Assembly: GCA_944389185.1 (NCBI GenBank)
Contig: CALXLL010000004.1
Span: 4,830 to 68,829, forward strand
DNA from: an uncultured Alphaproteobacteria bacterium
GTDB taxonomy: Bacteria > Pseudomonadota > Alphaproteobacteria > Rs-D84
DNA length: 64,000 nucleotides
Direction: 5' to 3'
In this document: positions 42,888 to 51,952 of the stretch, in pieces
Numbering within the stretch: the first letter of the stretch is position 1
Layout of the letters: each line of letters begins with the position of its first letter
Notes under the pieces: generated by a model
What the model saw: the letters and a program-made list of their open reading frames with translations, nothing else
What the model was told of the DNA's origin: nothing
Databases searched by the model: none
Translations under genes and position numbers: made by a program

Positions 42888-43748
42888 ATGGCATTGCCAA
42901 CATTTACAATGAAACAACTTATGGAAGCCGGCGTTCATTTCGGGCATCATACTCGTCGCTGGAATCCTTTAATGACACCTTATGTTTACGGTGTAAAAGA
43001 TAAAATTCACATCATTAATTTAAATAAAACGGCACCTTTATTACAGCGTGCTTTGGTCGCTTTGGAAGCAATTGCTGCAGCTGGCGGTAAAATATTATTC
43101 GTTGCAACTAAACATCAGGCTAAAGATATAGTTAAAGATGCTGCTGAACGTTGCGGACAATTTTATGTTAATAATCGCTGGTTAGGCGGTATGTTGACTA
43201 ACTGGGTAACGGTATCTCAATCTATTCGCCGCTTGAAAAAGATGGAAGCCGATATTGAAAATGCTGATAAGTTGGGATTGACTAAAAAAGAAGTCGGTAT
43301 TATGACAAAAGAAGTTGAAAAACTTCGCAGTATATTCGGCGGTATTTTGGAAATGCATGGTATTCCACAAGCTATGATTGTAATTGACGTTCCTCGTGAA
43401 ATTAACGCGGTTCGTGAAGCTAGAAACTTGGATATTCCGACAATTGCTATTTGTGATACGAATGCAAATCCTGAATTAGTAGATTATCCTGTTCCGGGTA
43501 ATGATGATGCTGCTCGTGCAACTCAGTTGTATTGCGATTTGTTCGTTGATGCAATTTTGTCCGGTATTGAAAAACGTCTGGGCGGTGCAGCAGGTAAGAA
43601 AGTAGAATCAGATATGAAAATGGACGCAGCTGAAGAACTTGAAGCAGATCTTAAAGATAAAGAAGCTAAGCAAAAATCTAAAACTTCTGAAGCAAGGGCC
43701 GAACGTCGCGGTAAATTGGCAGAAAAAGCAGAAAAAGTAGAAAAATAA
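42888..43748 (+). CDS. rpsB: 30S ribosomal protein S2 with a K/E-rich C-terminal extension
   Basis: MALPTFTMKQLMEAGVHFGHHTRRWNP is canonical S2. ATG 42888 follows AAAGGA. The tail is EELEADLKDKEAKQKSK...AEKVEK. Confidence 0.93.
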   Translation: MALPTFTMKQLMEAGVHFGHHTRRWNPLMTPYVYGVKDKIHIINLNKTAPLLQRALVALEAIAAAGGKILFVATKHQAKDIVKDAAERCGQFYVNNRWLGGMLTNWVTVSQSIRRLKKMEADIENADKLGLTKKEVGIMTKEVEKLRSIFGGILEMHGIPQAMIVIDVPREINAVREARNLDIPTIAICDTNANPELVDYPVPGNDDAARATQLYCDLFVDAILSGIEKRLGGAAGKKVESDMKMDAAEELEADLKDKEAKQKSKTSEARAERRGKLAEKAEKVEK

Positions 43749-43774
43749 TAACTTTAACTAATGGGGGATTAACT

Positions 43775-44644
43775 ATGGCAGAAGTAACAGCTAAACTTAT
43801 ACAAGAATTACGCGAAAAAACATCCGCAGGTATGATGGATTGTAAAAAAGCGTTGATAGAAAATAATGGTGATATTGAAGCCGCTGCCGATTGGTTACGT
43901 CAAAAAGGTATCGTTAAAGCTGCTTCAAAAGCAGGTAGAATCGCTGCTTCTGGTTTGGTTACCGTTGTAAAATGCGATAAGATGGGGTGCGTAGTAGAAT
44001 TAAACGCAGAAACCGATTTCGTTGCTAAAAACGATAAGTTCCAAAAGTTGGTCGCAGACGTTGCTTCTAAGGCTTTGGAATTAAACGGTGATTTTGACGC
44101 AACTTTGGCTGCGGTAAAAGACGACATCGCAAATACCATTTCTACTATAGGTGAAAATATGAATCTTCGCCGTATAGCAAAGGTTTCCGGTGATCGTATT
44201 TATTCTTATATACATAACGCATTGGTTCCAGGTATGGGGCAAATCGGTGTTGCGGTTGCTATTAACGGTGATTCCGATAAAATCGATGAAATCGGTAATA
44301 AAATCGCTATGCATATTGCCGCAAGTAAACCTGAATATATGACAATTGCTGACGTTGATCCGGCCGCTGTTGAACGCGAAAAGAAAGTTTTTATTGAATC
44401 TGGTGCAACTGCCGGTAAACCAGAAAACGTAGTAGAAAAAATGGTTGAAGGGCGTATTAAAAAGTATTACGCAGAAACCGTTTTGGAAGAACAACCTTTC
44501 GTTATGGATCCTTCAAAAACCGTTAAGCAGGTTGTTGAGGAAGCCGGTGGTAAATTGGCTGGTTTCGCTTATTACGTCTTGGGCGAAGGTATTCAAAAGC
44601 GCGAAGACAATTTGGCAGATGAAGTTGCTAAGATGTTGCAATAA
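43775..44644 (+). CDS. tsf: Elongation factor Ts
   Basis: MAEVTAKLIQELREKTSAGMMDCKKAL.EN.GD.E.A.DWLR.KG is the canonical EF-Ts UBA-like N-terminus. Confidence 0.95.
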   Translation: MAEVTAKLIQELREKTSAGMMDCKKALIENNGDIEAAADWLRQKGIVKAASKAGRIAASGLVTVVKCDKMGCVVELNAETDFVAKNDKFQKLVADVASKALELNGDFDATLAAVKDDIANTISTIGENMNLRRIAKVSGDRIYSYIHNALVPGMGQIGVAVAINGDSDKIDEIGNKIAMHIAASKPEYMTIADVDPAAVEREKKVFIESGATAGKPENVVEKMVEGRIKKYYAETVLEEQPFVMDPSKTVKQVVEEAGGKLAGFAYYVLGEGIQKREDNLADEVAKMLQ

Positions 44645-44766
44645 ATCTGTGAAAAATATAAGCAATTATAAAAACCGCGCTTTGTATAAAGAGCGGTTTT
44701 TATTTATAAGATTTATGGAATATTAGTTTTTATTCTGATATTATAAACCATAAAGGAACGAAAATT

Positions 44767-45987
44767 ATGAAAAAACAAAACGAATTATTGAAAGAGCTGG
44801 AAGCAAGAGGATTTATAAACCAATCTTCTAATATAGAAGGTTTAAACGATGCCTTGAATCAGGGTAGAATTGTCGGCTATTGGGGAACTGATCCTACTGG
44901 TGATTCTTTGCATGTCGGGCATTTAGCCTCTTTAATGTTAATTCGTTGGTTCCAAAAATATGGTAATAAACCTATATTACTGGTCGGTGGCGCAACAGGA
45001 CGTATAGGTGACCCTTCGGAAAGAGATAAAAGTCGCCCGATGCTTACCGATGAACAAATAAAGATTAATTCAGAAGGTCTTCGCAGGTCTATATCTAAGT
45101 TCATAAAATTCGGAGAAGGCGATACAGATGCCATTATGGTTGATAATTATGATTGGATGAAAAATTATAGTCATATGGATTTTTTACGAGAATTCGGAAC
45201 AGATTTTACAATACCAAGAATGCTGTCAATGGAAAGCGTTAAAAGAAGACTTGAAAAGGGTATGACTTTCTTAGAGTTTAATTATATGACTTTCCAAGCG
45301 GTTGACTTTTTAACTTTATATCAACGTCATAACTGCGTCTTGCAATTCTGCGGGGCAGACCAGTGGGGAAACAGTGTTATGGGGGTGGAACTGGTTCGTA
45401 AGAAGTTAGGAAAAGAAGTTTTTGTTCTATCTACTTCTTTGATAACCGATTCAAAAGGCGAAAAAATAGGGAAGTCTGCAGGTAACGCCGTATGGGTAAA
45501 CGAAGATAAAACCAGTCCATATGAATATTATCAATATTTTAGAAATACGCCGGATGATTTAGTAGAAAAGTTTTTGAAAATATTTACAGAAATACCTTTG
45601 AGCGAGATAGATAAGCTTGCTAAGTTGCAAGGTGCCGAATTGAATGAAGCTAAAAAAGTTTTGGCGTTTGCAGCAACAGAAATAGCTCATGGAACGGAGG
45701 AAGCAAAGAAAGCTGCAGCTGCAGCAACTGCTTTGTTCGCAGGTGGGGCAGATTCTGAAAATGTTCCTTGTGTTGAATTAGAAGTAAAGGAATCTATGGG
45801 TATCATTGATTTCTTGGTGGTATGCGGTTTGTTCCAATCAAAGTCCGAGGCCAGAAGAATGATAGAGCAAGGCGGAATACAAATAGACGGGGAAAAAATT
45901 ACCGACCGAGAATACATGATATCTCCGGCAAAAGAGATAATGGTTCAGAAGGGTAAAAAGACTTTCTTAAAGGTTGTTAATAAATAA
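44767..45987 (+). CDS. tyrS: Tyrosine--tRNA ligase
   Basis: HIGH-type motif SLHVGHL, KMSKS-type motif KIGKSAGN, and a C-terminal S4 domain (SKSEARRMIEQGGIQIDGEKI). Confidence 0.92.
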   Translation: MKKQNELLKELEARGFINQSSNIEGLNDALNQGRIVGYWGTDPTGDSLHVGHLASLMLIRWFQKYGNKPILLVGGATGRIGDPSERDKSRPMLTDEQIKINSEGLRRSISKFIKFGEGDTDAIMVDNYDWMKNYSHMDFLREFGTDFTIPRMLSMESVKRRLEKGMTFLEFNYMTFQAVDFLTLYQRHNCVLQFCGADQWGNSVMGVELVRKKLGKEVFVLSTSLITDSKGEKIGKSAGNAVWVNEDKTSPYEYYQYFRNTPDDLVEKFLKIFTEIPLSEIDKLAKLQGAELNEAKKVLAFAATEIAHGTEEAKKAAAAATALFAGGADSENVPCVELEVKESMGIIDFLVVCGLFQSKSEARRMIEQGGIQIDGEKITDREYMISPAKEIMVQKGKKTFLKVVNK

Positions 45988-47060
45988 TGTTAAAGCGAAT
46001 ATTCATGGGGTTATTTTTGATTTCTGTTGCGGTAGAATCAGTTTCTGCCGCAACAGAGCTGTCAAAGATTCAAAACCAAATTCGTCAGACCGAGCAACAA
46101 AATAAAAAATTAGAACAGCAGGTAAGAAAGTCAGACAAAGACATAGAACAAACTAAAAAAAAGTTAGTAAAAACAGCAGAACAAGTTTCATTGCTAGAAG
46201 AGCAGCGCGGAATCGTTAACCGAAAAATATCTGATATAGATAAGCAGATGAAAGAGCTTGATAAGTCATTAAATCAGAATAAATCAAGGATTGCGGACGC
46301 TGCGGCAAGTATTTTGTTTGTTGCTTCGCACCCAAGCTTTGATTCAGAGAATATGCGGGAATATGTTTTGACTTCCGCCATATTGTCTGGCGCCGCTGAC
46401 AGATTTGACGAAGATATACAGTCCGCAACACAAAAACTGGAAGAACTGGAAAAGCTTCGTGAACAACGTGCAATAGAAAAAGAAAAGCTTGATAGGACGG
46501 CAGAAAAATATGCTAAAGAAAAGCAGGAATTGGACTCTTTATTAAGAACGCGTGCCGTTCAAAACGACAAATTAAAGGCTGAACAGATTTCTTTACAGAA
46601 AAAAATAAAAGACTTATCCGCAAGGGCAAAAAGTATATCAGAGTTATCAGCAGGCGTGGGGAGTTCCGAAATGTTAAAAAGTTCCAGATTATCATGGCGA
46701 AAGCTTAATTTACCAGTAAAGGGCAGGGTGACAGTCAAGTTTGGTGAAAAAACAGCACTTGGGTTGCGTTCGGACGGTTGGAGAATAAGAACGCGCGGGG
46801 ACGCACTGGTTACCGCACCGGCAGATGGACAGGTCAAATTTGCAGATAGCTTTAAGGGTTTTGGTAAGGTTATTATAATATCGCATAAGAATGGTTATAA
46901 TACCGTTATGACAAATCTTGGGACGATAAATGTGATGTTGGAACAAGAGGTTTTGGCGGGTGAACCCGTAGGGCGAATGGACCCCAATAAAGACGAAATG
47001 TATTTAGAAGTTCGTCGCGGTAATAAAGCCGTTAACCCAGAAACTTTATTTAAAAACTAG
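45987..47060 (+). CDS. EnvC-like coiled-coil protein with a degenerate LytM/M23 domain (murein hydrolase activator type)
   Basis: Signal peptide, ~200-aa coiled coil, and a C-terminal M23 fold (APADGQVKFADSFKGFGKVIIISHKNGYNTVMTNLG). The HxH position reads MYLEVR, so it is probably non-catalytic. The start overlaps the tyrS stop (TAATG). Confidence 0.75.
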   Translation: MLKRIFMGLFLISVAVESVSAATELSKIQNQIRQTEQQNKKLEQQVRKSDKDIEQTKKKLVKTAEQVSLLEEQRGIVNRKISDIDKQMKELDKSLNQNKSRIADAAASILFVASHPSFDSENMREYVLTSAILSGAADRFDEDIQSATQKLEELEKLREQRAIEKEKLDRTAEKYAKEKQELDSLLRTRAVQNDKLKAEQISLQKKIKDLSARAKSISELSAGVGSSEMLKSSRLSWRKLNLPVKGRVTVKFGEKTALGLRSDGWRIRTRGDALVTAPADGQVKFADSFKGFGKVIIISHKNGYNTVMTNLGTINVMLEQEVLAGEPVGRMDPNKDEMYLEVRRGNKAVNPETLFKN

Positions 47061-47164
47061 GTATTTAGCTTTAATAAATAAAACATTTTTTCTTGTTTGT
47101 GTATTATTTTTTATGTTTTTAACACATTGACAAAAGAAAATAATGTATTATATTATGTGTAATA

Positions 47165-48112
47165 ATGGGGGTACAAATGGCTTTTGAAAATCTTATTAAT
47201 GCTGATCATGGTCGTGAAACGAAAGTCACTTATTATGATGAGTATATTTTAAAGCAGCCTTTGGACAATATGGGTGAAGAAGCCAGAAAAAAATGGCTGG
47301 ATAAGCAACATAGAACCAAGTCTGTTATAGATGAAATTGCTGCTGTCGGCAACCCTGCTTATTATATCCCAAAAATGATTGCTGTTAATGATTGGGACTT
47401 TAAAGCCTTAGAAGAAAGAGCTTTCGGATATCATTTGACTTATGATTTATATTCTAAATTATCAGAAAGGCAGAAGTTTGAAATAATTAACTCGATTTCC
47501 AGCTTTTTGGTCGATATGAACGAATTAAGACCTGTCGGAAGTTTGCAAAAACATAAAATAATTAAAGAATTAAAGTTTAACAGATTAGATTCTTTCGTTA
47601 ACGATAAAATATCTAGGTGGCCTTTCAGCGAGTCTGAAAAATCGTTTGTTTCAAGAATTCGTGACGAAGTTGCGTCTTTTGAGTATATGACAAGGTTGGC
47701 TTGGTCGCATAGTGATCTTAATTCGGGAAATGTTTTATATGACCCTGTAAAAAGCAGAATCGCTTTCATAGATTTTGCCGAAGCGGATTATCGTTTTATT
47801 TATCGCGATATTTTTGCACCTATACAAATAGAGCTTGATTTATACGAAGATGTTTACAAATTATACAATAAGCTTCATAACCACGGATTGTATTATATGC
47901 CTTGTTTTGAAGATAGAGAACTGAAAAATATCATGAAGTATCGCATAATTGTAGCTTTGTTAAAGCGCTTTATAAAAGCTGCCGATGATTTGCGTATAAA
48001 TGCGGTTTCTGAAAAAACGAAAATTAATAATCAAAATAAAATAGAATATATGAAATTACAGATTCAGAAAATGCGATATATAGAAAGCGTATATGGAAAA
48101 GGGACAAAATAA
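47165..48112 (+). CDS. Aminoglycoside/choline-kinase-fold phosphotransferase family protein
   Basis: WSHSDLNSGNVLYD.....IAFIDFAEADY matches the H.D....N / .D catalytic and Mg-binding loops of the APH/ChoK kinase fold. The start may be ATG 47177. Confidence 0.65.
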   Translation: MGVQMAFENLINADHGRETKVTYYDEYILKQPLDNMGEEARKKWLDKQHRTKSVIDEIAAVGNPAYYIPKMIAVNDWDFKALEERAFGYHLTYDLYSKLSERQKFEIINSISSFLVDMNELRPVGSLQKHKIIKELKFNRLDSFVNDKISRWPFSESEKSFVSRIRDEVASFEYMTRLAWSHSDLNSGNVLYDPVKSRIAFIDFAEADYRFIYRDIFAPIQIELDLYEDVYKLYNKLHNHGLYYMPCFEDRELKNIMKYRIIVALLKRFIKAADDLRINAVSEKTKINNQNKIEYMKLQIQKMRYIESVYGKGTK

Positions 48113-48118
48113 TAGCGT

Positions 48119-48841
48119 TTATATGTATTTTGATTTCTTTAATATTTTTAGTATGTCTTGTTGCGTCCTTAACATACAATTATACATATAATCTGCATAA
48201 TATTTATAGTTGTCTTGTGCGCGTTCTCTAAGTGCCTGCATATAATCATATTTATCAGATTTTTTATTGAATATTATAGGTGTATATTTATTAAGAATTA
48301 AAAACCAATTCATAGCATATCTTCCTGTTCTTTTATTAAAATCGTTAAACAGTTGATTGGCTATGATATCGTAATGTATGTCTATGGCGCGGTTTAGAAT
48401 TGGAAGCCTGGAATCGTATAAATGTTGATGCATATTATGAATGTGATAAGGTAAAGTTTCAAATCGCGGGGCGTCTAGTTGTAACTGTTCTATATAAGCG
48501 TCGGAAAACCTATATTGACCGCCAGGTATATCAAGATTTTCGGCAAGATGTTTATGTATATCTCGTATATCTAAATAATCTAGGCGCTTTTTATTCTTTT
48601 GATTGATTATATATTGCCATGTTAAAACAGCGTTATTAAATACCATTGGTTGGATGTAATATTTCTTTTCTGATTTAGGTAAATAATCAGGGTATTGAAA
48701 TAATATTTTATTTTCTTCTGATATTTCGTGGCTTACCCATCCAAGATGAAACTTGTAATATTTATTACTTAGTTTTAAAAGTTCGTTAATCGTCTTACGA
48801 TTGGTTTCAATTGCTTTTTTTATAGATAAGCGATTAGACAT
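48119..48841 (-). CDS. Fic/Fido-fold protein with a degenerate active-site motif
   Basis: AIDIHYDIIANQLFNDFNKRTGRYAMNWFLI aligns to the Fic core ...H..I..IHPF.DGNGRTGR.L....L. The catalytic His is Gln and GNG is FNK (48320..48355). Confidence 0.6.
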   Translation of the reverse strand: MSNRLSIKKAIETNRKTINELLKLSNKYYKFHLGWVSHEISEENKILFQYPDYLPKSEKKYYIQPMVFNNAVLTWQYIINQKNKKRLDYLDIRDIHKHLAENLDIPGGQYRFSDAYIEQLQLDAPRFETLPYHIHNMHQHLYDSRLPILNRAIDIHYDIIANQLFNDFNKRTGRYAMNWFLILNKYTPIIFNKKSDKYDYMQALRERAQDNYKYYADYMYNCMLRTQQDILKILKKSKYI

Positions 48842-48965
48842 TTAGTTACCTTATTTTATATTTATGTATAGACCATATATAAAAATTGTCAATGTTTTTA
48901 TTAAAAATCGTGTTGATAGTTGTTCTTTTTTGTTTTATGCTTGTGCTGATATAAAAGGAATGGAT

Positions 48966-50381
48966 ATGTTAAAAAGAATTATGATTTTAGTCGCTTTATT
49001 AATTCCAGTCACTTCTTTTGCTGCAGATAAAAGTAAAAAAGAAGAACCTATTGAACACTTAACGGACGAGCAGATTTATGAACAGTTAAAAAAGTTTGCC
49101 CTTGTTTTTGAGGTCGCGCGCGAAAGCTTTGTTGAAGAAGTAGACGAAAAAAAAGTTTTAGAAGCCGCTATGAACGGTATGTTGGGGGCTTTGGATCCGC
49201 ATTCTTCTTACCTATCAGAAGATGATTTTAAAGAGTTTAATGATAAGTCTTACGGTAATTTTGGTGGTTTGGGTATTCAGATTACAAGCGATAAAGGGGC
49301 CGTTCGCGTTATTTCACCAATTGATGATACGCCTGCCGATAAAGCCGGTATAAAAGCAGGTGACTATATTACTCATATTGATGACGAGCAAGTCTTTGAT
49401 ATGACTTTAAATCAAGCCGTAAAGAAAATGAAAGGAAAGCCCGGCACAAAAGTAAAACTGACGATTATTTCCGAAGGTAAAGAACCAAGAACTATCACTT
49501 TGAAAAGAGCCATTATAAAAGTCGAATCTGTTAAATCAGAAGTTAAGTCTTTGGCGGATAGTGGTGAAGACGCAGAAAAAATCGGGTATATAAGAATATC
49601 TGATTTCGGCGCGAAAACTTCCAAAGAATTAGTTGAAGCAATAAAAAAATTGGAAAAAGAAGACGTTATCGGTTATGTATTAGACGTTCGTAATAATCCA
49701 GGTGGTTATTTGACAGCAGCTATTGATGTGGCAGATGCTTTCTTGGATAGCGGTGAAATCGTTTCTACCAGAGGTAAAAATAAAAACGATATAGAACGCA
49801 GTATGGCGACTCCGGGTGATTTAACAAATGGTAAACCAATCGTTGTTTTGATAAATCACGGTTCTGCTTCCGCTTCAGAAATCGTTGCTGGGGCATTACA
49901 AGATAATGGGCGCGCATTGATTATGGGCAGTCAAAGCTTCGGTAAAGGAAGCGTTCAACAGCAAAAGCCTTTGGGTGATGGAACTGCTATACATATAACA
50001 ATAGCAAGATATTATACGCCAAGTGGGCATTCTATTCAGGGCGAAGGAATTACGCCTGACGTAGAGGTTTTACATAGTAAAGTTGAGGTTCTGGAAAGAA
50101 AAGAAAGTTTGTATTCAGAAGCTTCTTTCAAAAACGCTTTGAAAAACGAAGAAGCAGAGAAAAAAGATAAAAAGAAATCTGACAATGACGAAACAGATGA
50201 AACCGAACTAACCGACGAAGAAAAAGATGCGTTGGATTATCAGCTGCAAAGAGCTATGGATATGGTTATAGCTATGTTTAAAATGGAAAGCAGAGCAAAA
50301 GCTTTGACCGAAAAAAATCAAACAGAAAATATAGAAGAAATAGATTCTATAGAAGCTGATTCTTCTGCAAAAGAAGATTAA
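48966..50381 (+). CDS. ctpA: Carboxy-terminal processing peptidase (S41) with an acidic/lysine-rich tail
   Basis: Signal peptide; PDZ region (GAVRVISPIDDTPADKAGIKAGDYI); S41 catalytic context GSASASEI and ...SFGKGSVQ. ATG 48966 was chosen (7 nt after AAAGGA). Confidence 0.88.
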   Translation: MLKRIMILVALLIPVTSFAADKSKKEEPIEHLTDEQIYEQLKKFALVFEVARESFVEEVDEKKVLEAAMNGMLGALDPHSSYLSEDDFKEFNDKSYGNFGGLGIQITSDKGAVRVISPIDDTPADKAGIKAGDYITHIDDEQVFDMTLNQAVKKMKGKPGTKVKLTIISEGKEPRTITLKRAIIKVESVKSEVKSLADSGEDAEKIGYIRISDFGAKTSKELVEAIKKLEKEDVIGYVLDVRNNPGGYLTAAIDVADAFLDSGEIVSTRGKNKNDIERSMATPGDLTNGKPIVVLINHGSASASEIVAGALQDNGRALIMGSQSFGKGSVQQQKPLGDGTAIHITIARYYTPSGHSIQGEGITPDVEVLHSKVEVLERKESLYSEASFKNALKNEEAEKKDKKKSDNDETDETELTDEEKDALDYQLQRAMDMVIAMFKMESRAKALTEKNQTENIEEIDSIEADSSAKED

Positions 50382-50530
50382 AATAAACGGCTTATTGCTA
50401 AATTAAGTATAAAAAAGAGAGTCTTTCTCTCTTTTTTTATTTGTTTTTATTGACATAAAAAATATTTGTTGATTTTTTGTGTGGCTTTGCTATATTTAAA
50501 ATAAAGATTTATTAAATAAGGGCAATTTAT

Positions 50531-51178
50531 ATGAAAAACACACAAAAAAGGTATTTTGTTCAAGACTTTAAAACCTATGATATTTTTCGTTTACCAAAAA
50601 ATTTCGTTGTAAAGGGTGACTTGGATATTTCAAATATGGATTTATTTGACGATGAAATGCCAGATTTGTCAGATGTAACTGTAATGGGTAATTTTGATTG
50701 TTCTTGGAATAGAAGAAAGACTTTGAAAGGGACGCCTAAAATCATTAACGGTGATTTTATTTGTTCTGATAATCTTATCACAAGTTTTGAATATGGACCG
50801 GTAAAAGCAAAACGTTATATTTGTATGAGAAATAATTTAGAAACTTTAAAAGGTATTTCCGATAATGCAGAAGAACTTATTTGTTGGGACAATTTTTTAC
50901 AAGATTTTAAGTATTGTTCCGAAACATTAAGAAAGTGTATATGCTTTAATAACTGTGCAACAACTTTCAAGGGGCTGCCAAAAACAATGGATGAAATTGA
51001 TATAAGGTTTAATCGGTTATCTGATTTTATAGGTGCGCCTAAGACAATAAATAAACTTAATTGTTCGGATAATTATAACTTATCCGATTTGACTGGGCTA
51101 CCAGAGCATTGTAAAGACTTTATATGTGAAAGAACGCCTGTATATTATATGTATCAGTCCAGATTAAAATCTAAATAA
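50531..51178 (+). CDS. Cys-containing leucine-rich-repeat-like protein (about nine ~22-aa repeats)
   Basis: Reiterated pattern ..G.F.C..N.L.s..G.P.. (MGNFDCSWNRRKTLKGTPK / INGDFICSDNLITSFEYGP / INKLNCSDNYNLSDLTGLPE ...). No signal peptide. Confidence 0.65.
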   Translation: MKNTQKRYFVQDFKTYDIFRLPKNFVVKGDLDISNMDLFDDEMPDLSDVTVMGNFDCSWNRRKTLKGTPKIINGDFICSDNLITSFEYGPVKAKRYICMRNNLETLKGISDNAEELICWDNFLQDFKYCSETLRKCICFNNCATTFKGLPKTMDEIDIRFNRLSDFIGAPKTINKLNCSDNYNLSDLTGLPEHCKDFICERTPVYYMYQSRLKSK

Positions 51179-51208
51179 AAAACGGGTTTTTCCCGTTTTT
51201 ATTTTTGT
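51178..51208. terminator. Bidirectional rho-independent terminator
   Basis: aaaaacggg-ttttt-cccgttttt between convergent genes. Confidence 0.55.
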
Positions 51209-51831
51209 TTAGCTTCGCAAATCACATAACCTTCAGGTGATAAAATCCAATCACAAAAACCGTATTTTAGGCTTTTGATTGAATCCAGCCTTTCGTTTTT
51301 GATAAGAGCGTTTAATTGTCGTTTCGTAATTTTTGTATGTCTTAAATAATTTACTATAAGATTATCAAATTGTTTTGGCGTTAAGTCTAACGAGCAAAAA
51401 TAATCTTCTTCGTCTTTTTTCTTTATAAATCCAACAGGTTTGGTTTCCATAACGTGCGGAATAAAATGATATGATTCGTATCCCATTATTCTAAAACCCG
51501 GAGTTCCTTGAACGGCTAGTGCGCTGGCAGTGGTGCTGGCAACACCTGTAACCGTAGTTCTTATTATTATTCCTTTGGATCTTGCCATGTTTATAAGAAA
51601 CTCTATTGAAGAATATGTTTTTATGTCGCCACCGTAAGAGTTGATAAAAATATCTAAAACATTTGGGCCTTTTATATCATAAGGACCAGTTATGCGTAAA
51701 GTTTTATCGGTGTTTGTTTCAGGATTATAACTAAAAATAAAATCTTTTAAATCGGCAATGAAATAATTCGGTTTATTTGCTTCCAGGTCTTCTATTATAT
51801 AAAGAGTTCCGTTCTTAAAAAAGTTTGCCAT
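51199..51831 (-). CDS. Divergent orphan ClpP/ClpP-like serine-protease-fold protein
   Basis: IFINSYGGD (cf. INSPGG) and TGVASTTASALAVQG (cf. [14 protein letters not shown] in the bona fide clpP at 18418). ATG 51831 follows AAGGGA. Confidence 0.55.
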   Translation of the reverse strand: MANFFKNGTLYIIEDLEANKPNYFIADLKDFIFSYNPETNTDKTLRITGPYDIKGPNVLDIFINSYGGDIKTYSSIEFLINMARSKGIIIRTTVTGVASTTASALAVQGTPGFRIMGYESYHFIPHVMETKPVGFIKKKDEEDYFCSLDLTPKQFDNLIVNYLRHTKITKRQLNALIKNERLDSIKSLKYGFCDWILSPEGYVICEAKQK

Positions 51832-51952
51832 AATTTTCCCTTTTAACAGATTGTATGACAAAAAGACTAAATGTCAATGCTTTATTAAGTCTTGCCTTGT
51901 TTATAAAATGGGGGTATCATTTGTCAGTTATTTAATTTAGAGGAAAAAAGAA

